This document shows positions 23,727 through 34,287 of a DNA stretch of 40,035 nt, piece after piece. The notes beneath the pieces are model-generated. The model did not search any database, was not told the origin of the DNA, and saw only the letters and a list, made by a program, of their open reading frames with translations. Made by a program: the position numbers and the translations under genes. The first letter of the stretch is position 1; each line of letters begins with the position of its first letter. Source of the DNA: Nemertoderma westbladi (taxonomy: Eukaryota > Animalia > Xenacoelomorpha); assembly GCA_032718475.1 (NCBI GenBank), contig JAUCBJ010005726.1:1-40035 (forward strand), given 5' to 3'.

Positions 23727-24320
23727 CATTTTTCATCACGACACCAGCTGTTATTGGTGTTATTTTACCATTGCGCCTATGGCGTTTTTTCGTTTATGTC
23801 CATTTTTCGAGCCCACGGCTCATGGACGAAATAGCGGAACATACCAGGGACCTTAGAATCGCGGTATCTAGCCGCTGTGAAAATTTCATCAAAATCGTTA
23901 GAGTAGTTTTGGTTGTAGATCAGCCAGCCAGTCAGTCAGTCAGTCACGAGCAATTCTTACAGTAATGAACCTCTCGGTTCCTCTCGGAACCGAGAGGTTC
24001 ATTACTGTAAGAATTGCTCGTGGCTGACTGGCTGGCTGGCTGATCTACAGCCAAAACTACTCTAACGATTTTGTGAGGTTCATTACTGTAAGAATTGCTC
24101 GAGACTGGCTGACTGACTGACTGACTGACTGACTAATCTCTAGCCAAAACCACTCTAACGATTTTGATGAAATTTTCACAGCGGCTTGATACCGCGATTT
24201 TAAGGTCCCTGGCATGATCGGCTACTCCGTCCATAGCCTCTGGGCTCGAAAAATTGAGATAAACGAAAAAACGGCATTTGCGCAATGATAAAAACACCAG
24301 CTGGCACTCATGAAAAATGG
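23727..24320. mobile_element. Tail-to-tail non-autonomous Helentron/HINE-like ends forming a palindrome
   Basis: AAATTTCATCAAAATCG core, (CAGT/CAGC)n microsatellite and terminal stem-loop. Perfect 37-bp arms 23945-23981 and 23986-24022. A third copy lies at 24074-24320. Confidence 0.6.
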
Positions 24321-24896
24321 ATAGAGATGGCCTTGTAATGCTATTCAATAGAGAAGGGCCAACTAACATGGAAGTACTTTCTGTGCCAAGTATTATCCTC
24401 ACTCTACAACTCAGACAGTAAGCAAACAAAAGCCGTGGGATTCTAATGTATTACATCATAAGCTGATTGCTCTCCCAATAGCCCTCACAAACTCACTGAA
24501 TCCAATGAAATCGAATATCTATTAGCTTAATGCGAATAGCTGGTAAGCTGAATGCCATTTTAGTTATTGTGTACTGTTGATAGTAGAGTTGACTGCTATG
24601 TTGTATGTATTTAATTAAAATAATTTTCGTAGAGGGAAGTTAATTTGGGATTACTTTCTATCAGATGTAAGCAAAGCTGTTCAATGGGGGTGGGTCATGG
24701 GACCCAAATATAGTACATTATGCATGGCAAACATTAATAAAATCATTCAGTCAACCTGGAGGGTATTTGCTTAGTTAACTCTACTGTGCGAAAAACGAAT
24801 TTATAATGTTACCCATACTTCAGGTGAATGAATTTTTAGATATTTGTACTGAAGGCAAGGATTTCTGATATAATTAAAATACAAGACAGGGGCTTG

Positions 24897-25180
24897 TTTC
24901 GATATGTAGTTGCGCCCTTCGAGCAGCACGTGAGATAATAAAATAATAGACACAATGTTTGACTTTGTCCCTTTGAGCAGCACGTGAGTTTTGCTTTGAG
25001 CCTTCGATATATGTATTTGCGCCCTTCAAGCAGCATGTGAATTACATCAAATAATAGACACATTGTTTGACTTTGTCCCTTCGAGCAGCACGTGAGTTTT
25101 GCTTTGACCCTTCGATATATGTTTTTGCGCCCTTCGAGCAGCACGGGGAGTCGACTCAGACCGAGCCGAGCCGAGCCGTA
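24897..25180. repeat. Minisatellite (~55-60-bp subunits, ~108-bp higher-order unit) followed by (CCGAG)n
   Basis: Five CCCTTCGAGCAGCACGTGAG-like cores. Confidence 0.85.
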
Positions 25181-25208
25181 TAACCTGCTAACGACACAGC
25201 ACATACGA

Positions 25209-25473
25209 CCTATGATTGGCCTAACTCATCGTTCGATACGTTGTACGCACCTCATTGGCTTACCAATTTGTACCAAATGAAAATAAATTGCCCCAAAATA
25301 CAAATTTCCCGACCAAGATTCGAACTCGTAACCTATGTAATGCAACCAACGCCTTAACCATCTGACCACTACGCCACTATATTACATTACTGTAACTTAA
25401 TCAAAGTGCGTCGGATTTTCGAAAGTTTTTACGTTATACTACAAATGCTATTCTATAGTGAAATAATTCATCA
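25209..25473 (-). repeat. BEL-1 5' LTR, U3 start, including the tRNA-like cassette (25295-25376)
   Basis: Matches ~8108-8412 except for 2 substitutions and a ~40-bp deletion. Followed by TSD TAGCT. Confidence 0.9.
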
Positions 25474-27099
25474 TAGCTGTTGGATTGTCGGGTTTTGCTA
25501 CGTGGTCTATGATTAGTTAATTTTTTGAAAGGCTATATATCTCAAGAAGTATTCACTTTGGAATGATGAAGTTTATTTTTAAATGTTCTCTAGAGTGTTT
25601 CCGATCCTACTAAAGACATCCAATTGCTGTATGACTACCGGTTTCACGCTTTTGATTGTTTGAATATGCATGAAAATTTTGCATATAATATATCAAGAAG
25701 AATTAATTTTTGCACAAGGAAATAATAGATAATAGCACAGTCTGAATATAATAACATGCAATACAGTGGTTAGTGACGATGGTCAAAACTATTCTGGTTC
25801 CACAACTATAAGGAGAACCAACTAAATCAGTAATTAGTAATCATAACGGTTATATCATTGACACATAATATTACATTAGTCCTACATTACAGGGCGGCCT
25901 TAATATCCAATAGATGGGCTCTATTCACCCCCAATGTGCTTTCCCGCCCACTATTGGCTTAACCTGATTAATTGTCACCTCGCCACTCCCTGTTCCCGAT
26001 ATCCCTCGTGCTAGGCTCACTAGCTTGTTTCTCCCTCTGAGGTGGTTTGACCTCTCACCTCCCTCTGTGGCTTATGGCGTGTGTCCCCCCCCCCCAGTTG
26101 GTTATGAGGTGAGATTATTATTGGTAATCTCACCTCACCAACTATATTGGTAAAATGCCACTAATCCCATTTTCGGTGGGTAGTGCACGGAATTGAATCC
26201 GCTTACACTCCCCCCCCCCCATGCTATCTTCCCGGTGAGAAGATAGCATATCAACCTTAAGTGCACTTCAATTCCGCTGGATTCCAATCTAATATTGGAT
26301 GTGGGGTGGAATTTTCTTCTCGGGGTCGGCTTTCCAGGCCGGCCCCCCATGGGTCTGTTGTCACTACCCATCCTTGGTACATCTGCGAGCTATGTTGTAC
26401 CAAGGTATCTGGTGTCTCTGTTTAAGATGATTGCCCTCACTCCTCACACAATTTTCCTCGCAGACTTTGTTGTCCCTTTGTCTCACCAGTCCCTTGGGAC
26501 TCATCCTCCTCTATACTCGCTCCCCACACTTGAATCTCGCACTTCTTTCACTTCCTCACACCCTAGCACCTCCTCCCCATACTTCCCCCATTCCCCAATT
26601 TTCGTTGTCACTCTCCACACTCTTATCGGGTCCCACGCATGTGTACATCATGTCAGTGAGATCCGTCTAAAGTCTCGTCCTGCTGTTCTAGTCAATTAGT
26701 CCCCAGTCCCAGTAGCTAATTGGAAAAAGGTTGTACTTGACTATAGTATGTATATTATATATTATACATTCGTCTACATGACGTTTCTTAACCCCCCCCC
26801 CCCCCCCCCCCCCCCCCTCTTAGAGGTCATATGACTCGTCACTCCCAGTCTCGCCCGTTTCATGTCTTCTCCGCCATCACGATTCTCCTCTCTCACCAGA
26901 CTGGTGGTGCCTTGGAAAGGCTTAGGATGGTAAGAGATAACTAAGTATGGTCTTGATTAGTTTAAATCAGTGATGGCCCTTCTTCTTATCTTGTTCTTCC
27001 TATTTCGTACAAATATTCCCCTTATGTGTCAATTTACCCTAAATTTATTCTGTCGATATTCCCCCCTACCTGTGCTATTATCCTATCTGCCATCTGATA

Positions 27100-27495
27100 C
27101 CCCCCCCCCCCCCCCTCAATTCCTCACGTGGCGCCCTCAGTGCTCACAAGTTTTGCGGTACTGTGTACCCTTCTACTGCGGCATGCGTACATACCCCCCA
27201 ATTCTTCATGTGGCACCCTCAGTGCCCAAAAGTTTTACAGTACTGTTTACCCCTCAACTACGGTATGCGTACATACCCTCCCCCCCCCCCCCCTCAATTC
27301 CTCACATGGCGCCCTCAGTGCCCATAAGTTTTAAGGTACTGTGTACCCTTCTACTACGGTATGCGTACATACCCCCCTATTCCTCACTTGCGCCCTCAGT
27401 GCCCACAAGTTTTACGGTACTGTGTACCCCTCAACTACAGTATGCGTACATACCCACCCTCAGTTCGTCACATGGCGCCATCAGTGCCCACAAGT
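27100..27495. repeat. ~85-95-bp minisatellite with poly-C tracts, ~4.5 copies
   Basis: Unit Cn-TCAATTCCTCAC.TGGCGCCCTCAGTGCCCACAAGTTTT.CGGTACTGTGTACCC..ACTACGGTATGCGTACATA. Confidence 0.92.
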
Positions 27496-27783
27496 AGTGC
27501 GTATGTAAATTAGGTACTTTGGTACATTATTGTACCCGTCCGACGTACATAATTGTAACTACCTACACTAGCATATTATGCCTACTGCTTACCTTGGTAC
27601 TAACTACTTATTATTTTGCTTATTTTATTTTTATTTGCTTTTTTTGCTTGCTTATGTGTGGGTAGGGCATCTCGCCCTCATTCCAACCCCCCTCAGTCCA
27701 ATATATTGGACGACTTAACAACCTACGGGCGATTCTTCCAGCAGGCAACTCTCCCACTGTCCCCCTGTAGGTCCTCTTGTTCT

Positions 27784-30700
27784 TCACTCCACTCTCCTTG
27801 TCAATTCCAACTCTCTTGGAATGGACCTTCCTTTCTCCTCCACCTCACTGATTTCCTCATGGTCCCCTGGCAGCAAAATGCCACCCTTCATCTTATCATC
27901 ACTTGGCGGTAGAATGCCACCCTTCATGTCATCCTCACTGGTACATGTCACCTCTGCTGGTCTCCCCCTCAAAATGTGCGCCGGCGTTAAAGCCCCCGAT
28001 GACCCTTGGTCATCCTTCGGTACGCATAATGGCTTACCATTTAATGCCTCCTCGCACTCTGCCAGCTTCGTGTGCAACACATCTCCTCTAACTTTCCTAT
28101 CTCCATTAACCTTCTTACATCATCTCTCCTTCCACCTTGTCTTCTTATTCGACCTCTTCCTTATCAGTGTGCTTCTTAATTGGACTGGCTTCTTTTCTGG
28201 ATATCTCTCCGGACATATCGCAGTCCACTCTTCTTCATCCTCATACTGATACTCGCCAGGAACATTTATGTTCCATCCCATCGCCTCTAGCTCCTGTGCA
28301 TCAAACCCATTCTCCTCCATCCACTCTCTTGCTGTTGCTTCTCCTCCTGACTCATCTATCAGCGGTATTTTCTGGACTTATCCTCCACCCTTTCACCACG
28401 CCCCACTATGCGTGGTTCCAGATCCATACCCATCCCAGGGGGAATAATTATATTATAATTATTTCGTTATTAAAATCAGAGTCCTGATGAAGTGTATTTT
28501 GTACGTTTGCCTACGGAGGCGCGAAAAATCGATTTCACTCCCGCCATGGCAAACTTGGAAAAAATTGGTCATAAAGAAAGATTTTGAGCAAAGATTTTGA
28601 AAAATATATTTTTGATGTCCTAAAAATCTCTGTAATTATAAAATTCAATTTCTTTCACCCAAATGCGACAAATCTTCTTATTGCCTTGTTCCACGTAGGG
28701 AACTATATAGAAGCAAAAGATTATATATATAAAAGGTATGGTCCTAAATTATATGACTTGGCCTAGAGTTCAATGGTGTCGGCCTAGAGTTCATATGACG
28801 TGATCGGGTTCTGACTCATTATCGAGTTTGTGTGATACATAATGAGTGCAGAAAGGCAAGTTGGGGTTGATCTTTATTCCCATCATCAGGATTATCGAGT
28901 TTGTTTTCGAGATAGAATGGAGCCAAGGTTCTTTATTATCGATAATGAGTTTGTATTCCTTCGACAAGAGTTTATCTATATAGTTTATCGAGAAAGAATT
29001 GTATCGATCATCGGCTAGCCACGCTTCGATGGGTCCCTCGGCTTGCTTCCCTCCTCACTCCGAGCATCACATAAGTCCCAAACCCTTCCGAAGAAAGGAA
29101 TGGGCCCTGTAACCTCGGTATGACTCGGGACACAAGCCTCTATCCCTCCACCATATCGTCTGGTTCCAGAAGATCGGCCCATTCCAGATTGGTTGTATCC
29201 ATTTTCCATCGGAACTAGCAGGAACTGCCGATCCTGGTTTCGACTCTCGGTGTCCGTGGGAATCATGGCCCCAGGATGGGGAATATAGTTCATTTCCCAA
29301 TCAGTTGCCATTCCGTCAGTTAACAAACCCAGGGTTGTCCAGGTATATATTGGAGTAGCTACGTTTGTATGGCTATTGGCCCGACTTCAGGGTGTGTGGC
29401 TTTGCGCATAAGCGCTTTGTAGGTGAAACGATATTGGTCGGGGCTATCGTATCGTCTCATTGCGAAGTTGCAAGGGTTGGTGGGGATGGTGAATATGCCG
29501 TGTCGGAGATCATAGCGCTCGTTTGTACCCGCTTTTTCCACTCTCCATTTGAGATTCGAATGGAGATTCGCGAGATACTCAAGTTCCTCGTATCGCCGTA
29601 TCTGTTGCGTTATTGGAAGGTCGGCCCAACACTCTCGGTTCTTTGAGGCCATAGCCTTCGAGTGGTGACCTCGCAGTGCCCAACTTTCGAACTGAGTGAG
29701 CATATCGGGGCAGCAGGCAGTGTTGTGTCCCTGGATTATGCATCACTAACAGAAAGGAACCATTCCCAACTTCACCCATGTACACGCGCCAGGGATTTTG
29801 ACCTCCGGTTTTTCCTTTTGATGGGGTTCCATGCCCGGAGGTTTGCAGAAGTTCTCCCTGTTGCCGCAAATGGTGCAATAGTGGCCGAGGGGAGGCGGTG
29901 CCAACGTGTTTAGTTTGCAGAATGTTCTGCGAACCATAGGGGCCTTCTGGGTGACCCTTTCCGTCATCTGTGTCTTATAGATCTTATTGAGTTGAGACAA
30001 CCGAGTTTCCTTGGCCTTGCAGATATTTCCTTATAAGGTTAGGTGAAGTTTAGGGGCCTTTCCCTTGCCTCCCTCCATGGGAAGTTGGAGGTTGGTGACC
30101 TCCTCCTCCCACTCGATTGGTTGGGTGACCGTCACCTGAAACTCGTTGAAGGTGGTTCGAATATCGATGGGGTTTATCGATTCCGTATAGTCTCTATTTG
30201 TACCAGTGCCATCAGCCGACTTTTCTGGTTGTGGGTAGACAAAGTTTGCGAGGACAACGGCGGGAGGGACCCAGGTATCATCCTCTCCGATGTCCGGTTT
30301 ATACTGGTGCGGTACCTTAGGCATATATCCTGGAACTGGAAAATTAACTTCAGAAATCCGTAGCATTCCGGGATATCATAGTAGATGTCGAGTTCTGGTA
30401 ATGCACTTATTCTCCATAGCTCCAGGCGATCGAAATTGGTGGGTATGTCGATCTCCAGTGCTTTCCACGGCAACTCCTGGGTTATAGTCCGCTGGATAGA
30501 GGTTATAGGATGCGTCTCTGGTTCCCACGGTGGCTCAACCTCTGGCCCACGAGTCCGTTTAGATGACTGGTGTAGGCCCACGCTCGTAGAGGGGAGGTTT
30601 TCCTCTTCTAATAAGATGTCGTGACGTCTCTTAGAAGATTGCGGTTCCCTCCTCGCCTCGTGTCGTCGAAGCTCTCACCGTGGGAGGCTCGGATAGCAGC

Positions 30701-32217
30701 TATACAGGTACGCACCGACCGCTGTACCACGAACCGTCCTTTGTCAGGATTTGACTTTGGGGCCGGTTTTATCAGGATGTATTTGGCTTGAGGCTGTTTA
30801 GGCCTATGCCCATGGACTGAATGTCTGACTGCGTCGTTTACTGCTGGTTCGTTATACAGTAGTTGTTGCGACGCTAATGCTACTTTGTTTTCCGCGATAT
30901 CCCAGATATTACTCCTGCTTTCCCGGACTGGTAGCACTTTCCACTGTGCTAAGGTTTCATAGCCCATGAAGCCGTGTAGGACGGAGGAAGCGAGGTGTTT
31001 ACGGGTCACGTTGTTTAGGATATCAAAGCGTTCAGGGTGTTTTAACACCATATCCCTAATGAATTGGAATATGATGCCGCCCAGTACTAGAATTTCAGTT
31101 TGTAAGTAATATGCTTGGTGATGTGTCATCATAGGATTTTACTCATGTTGTATATCTTCCAAAGGGACCGGAGTTCGTCTTCCCAGACGGTGTTCCCAGG
31201 AAGGTTGGCGGCTGTGGTATTTACGGCTGTATTTCTGTCTGACGGTGGCTGTTTTCCCCCCATAGTGAGGTTTCATGCCCCCCCCCCCCTCCCTAGGATA
31301 TATGCCATCATCCCTGTTCCAACTTTGTAGTCATCCGTGTTAATATCGTCATCCCGGGGGGCCGCTAAGTCAATCATTTCCTTGGGGGGAGACAGAACCT
31401 TTGCTAAAGTCTCGTAGGAGGTCCACGCCGATTCCTGAACCGATTTTTATTATCTGGCCGGTCATCAGTAGTCTGGTAACAGTTTCCGGTAGGCATTTTC
31501 TCCATATAATGTCCCGTTGGGTTTTTGAGAAGTCGAAGACTAGCATTTGCCCAGTAACTGGCGCACTAATCTGTACAAGGGAGGGTTGCGCCTCCTCTTG
31601 TTCCTCTACCAGGCCTATTACCCCAGACTCGGGAGCAAACTTTACTGTACCAATATACTGTTGTTGCATATCGACCTGTGGGGGACCACAGTATAGGTTA
31701 CATTGTCGGATTATGTCATTCTCCCTTTCGCGTTCCTGTTCCTTGAGGATTTTCCGTTTCCTTGTATCACTCGTTGTCTGTCTAGATGATTCTCATTATC
31801 ATATCACCAAATTCATCGACCTCATTCACCAAAAGGATTTCCAAAAGGATTTCTCTTTCCCCTCCTCGACCACTCGAGAAACACCACCCTTACCTGGTAA
31901 TCCGAGGGCCTTTAAATCTTTAGGACTGAAGCGACCATTCATTCTTATCCATGCTTATAATTTCCATTCTACTATTTGATTTGCTGGGCAATGGGTAATT
32001 GCAGGCTTTATTTGACAGGTCGGGTGTCAGTTCTTTTAATATCCCGTTAAGTTCGTTTATAATCTGCAGGGCCTCCTCACTTTATTCTCTTGAGGCCTCC
32101 ATATTACATTCACAGGGGTAACACTTAACCGTATAATGGCCCCTCTCTCCCTCCTATAGCGTAGTATTCCAAAGCTAGGCAAATAATGACTCAAACCTCA
32201 CTAAGTACCTAACGGTA
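27784..32217 (-). pseudogene. Long degenerate accessory ORF downstream of BEL-2 integrase: DEDDy 3'-5' exonuclease-like domain + CCHC knuckle; interrupted at ~28445-29010
   Basis: SLVQIS...VFDF...LPETVTRLL...IIKIGSGIGVDLLRDF, MIDLA, GTGMMAYILG, MTHHQAYYLQTE. C**CIIQGHNTACC at 29710-29751. Confidence 0.65.
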
Positions 32218-32537
32218 CTGTAAGAATTGGCCAACCCGTCAGCTATTGAAATAAAAATGCAAAAAAGGGGCCTAACAGATTGGCATGCATTAGATTATCC
32301 ATACAATTAATATACATCTAATAGAAGCAACCATTGAAATGTCTTTGTAACATTTACCGTAGGTTTGTTATAAGGCATATAGCAAGGAGAATCCACATGG
32401 AGACAACCTCTGATTGGCTGGATGCCTGTTGTTGAGATGTTAATATTCCTTCTCCTTCTGCGTTTCTATTGGTTTCTTTAGATTCAGTGTTCCCTGCATG
32501 TAATATCCCTGGTAAATTACTTAGCGGCGGAGTATCA

Positions 32538-34052
32538 TTACTTAATTATCAAATTACTTAGGGGGGGAGTATCTTCTCCCCCACCGCTGCATTCACCAAA
32601 GTCAAGTTCTAATCGGGAGATTTTGTTTATCAGTCTGCATAATTTTGAATAGCTTGACCAGGTAATTACTGTATGAACTAAGCCATCTTCGCTAGTAACA
32701 ACATCTTTAATTCGACCCATTCTCCATTGGCAGCGTTTAGTATCTGGATCTACCAGTAATATAATGTCTCCTATTTTGCAGTTCTTGTCCGGCCGTAACC
32801 ATTTTTGTCGGTTGATAAGAGTTTGCATGTCTCCATTTCTCCCAAAAAACTCCAGTTAAATACTGACATATTTCTCATTGTTTCTTTGAATACAGGTACA
32901 CTTTGTCGCTGAACATCTCAGAAGGATATCCCAGCTGATGGCGTCTCAACAACAACTGGTTTGGAGTTAACACATCACATGAGTTGATGTCATCGTTCAT
33001 TGGACAAAGGGGTCTCGAGTATATCAACAGTTCTACTTCCACCAACATAGTTCCGAAGGTTTCTTCAGCGATCACTTGATGGTGTAAGTTTCTGTCTGTG
33101 GTTATACTCCGTAGAATTTCTCATTTCGAAGACGCTGATCACGATAAAACATGTCAAGCTTTCTGGCAAATTTAAATTTTCTGGCAATGCATCAATCATT
33201 TTTGGTGCTATTTTCTGATTTTGGCCCCCCAGGACGAAAAGTACAAGTAAAAAATTCTCAAACTAAACATTTTGTATTTGATTTGATAATTCTGAACGTA
33301 TGGGTTTTCTTGGTCGCGGATCACGATAAAAGTAGTGCAGTAGTATTTGTATCAGAGAAAGTAGTATTTCTGAACGCCTAATTAGGCGTTCAGTTATTCC
33401 ATTTTGGTGACTCCCTTTGTGTGCTGACCATTCCCAGGCTACTTCCGGTCGGAATTCTTCTGGGATGCCCATTTGCTTTGCCCTGGTCACCATATTATGT
33501 AACTGGCTTTGTGCGCCTGTGAAATGAGTTGAATCACTGATCCGAATATAATATCGAAACATTTCTATATTGGCAGATAAATCTCCTTAGTACTAGAATC
33601 AATGCGATGGCTGAATAATCCGCCGCTAAATCCAGCGCCATAGCGCGACATAGGAAATACGTGAATACCACTCCATTTCGTTTGACTTCCACCCTGCCGC
33701 GCATTAACGTTATGGGTCCAAACAGATCCACTCCACAGTAGGTGAATGGTAGGTCGTACATCTGGGTCCTGTTCCATGGTAGCGGGGCCATTAATTGTGA
33801 GCCCACTCTACCCTACCCCATTTCCTTTTGGCATTTAATGCAGGTGCATATCACTTGTTTCACATTATATCTTAACTTGAAAATCCAGAAACGTCTTCGC
33901 ACCTTATGCATGGTGTTGTCAAATCCCTGATGGGCGATATCCTGACGTGCCACTCTGATTATAGCTGTTCTAATCTGCGACTCATTTGGTAACAGTATGG
34001 GAAACTTCTCATTATAATCCAGTTCCGTATATAGGAAACGTGTATTGCATCT
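32538..34052 (-). pseudogene. BEL/Pao integrase of a second element (BEL-2), decayed; continues at 39089-~39300
   Basis: CGVDLFGP, VVFT...RAM.LD, YSDQ, HQNGITERLI, SRPL, LTPNQLL, RQKW..IGD..W.MGRI. The frame FLDPLGVIR|CNTRF..KFPILLP joins across the Gypsy insertion. Confidence 0.9.
33122..33371. repeat. 250-bp insertion in BEL-2 integrase
   Basis: Flanked by GTAG(A/T)ATTTCT direct repeats (33111-33121 and 33361-33371). The integrase reading RRSEI|LRSI is restored when it is removed. Confidence 0.65.
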
Positions 34053-34265
34053 TGTGATGGCCTGGATATTTAGTAGGTAGGCCTACAGGCACAGCGGTTA
34101 CCGGTACCAGACTAAGATGGTGATGGGAAAGTGGTTGGCCCTGGAGGCCTAAAGGCTAATACTGCTGTACTGTGGTAATTGACACCCATACATATATAAT
34201 ATATAATAAATATATATTAGTTGACTTTATTATTTATATGGAGCCGCACACACAAGTTCATAACA
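34053..34265 (+). repeat. Gypsy 5' LTR
   Basis: TGTGATGG...CATAACA, identical to 38876-39088. Confidence 0.97.
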
Positions 34266-34275
34266 TGGCGCAGTG
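34266..34275 (+). promoter_or_regulatory. Primer-binding site (tRNA-Ser-like)
   Basis: TGGCGCAG directly after the LTR, complementary to a tRNA ending ...CUGCG-CCA. Confidence 0.65.
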
Positions 34276-34287
34276 ACTAAAACTTCA

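Larger units (their letters stand above)
2072..25473 (-). mobile_element. BEL/Pao LTR retrotransposon BEL-1, full extent with nested insertions, non-autonomous
   Basis: TG...CA termini. TSD TAGCT at 2067-2071 and 25474-25478. LTR segments match ~99% (2072-2271 vs 21095-21294; ~8108-8412 vs 25209-25473). Gag-PR-RT-RH-IN order with BEL-type motifs. Confidence 0.88.

Noticed and set aside
26970-27497. 175-aa plus-strand ORF (also 24836-25204)
   Set aside because: Produced by translating minisatellites.
32561-32585. PPT and start of a BEL-2 3' LTR right after integrase
   Set aside because: GGTGGGGGAGAA is PPT-like but is not followed by TG. It forms a small GGGGGAG/CTCCCCC hairpin, and no matching LTR is in the window.
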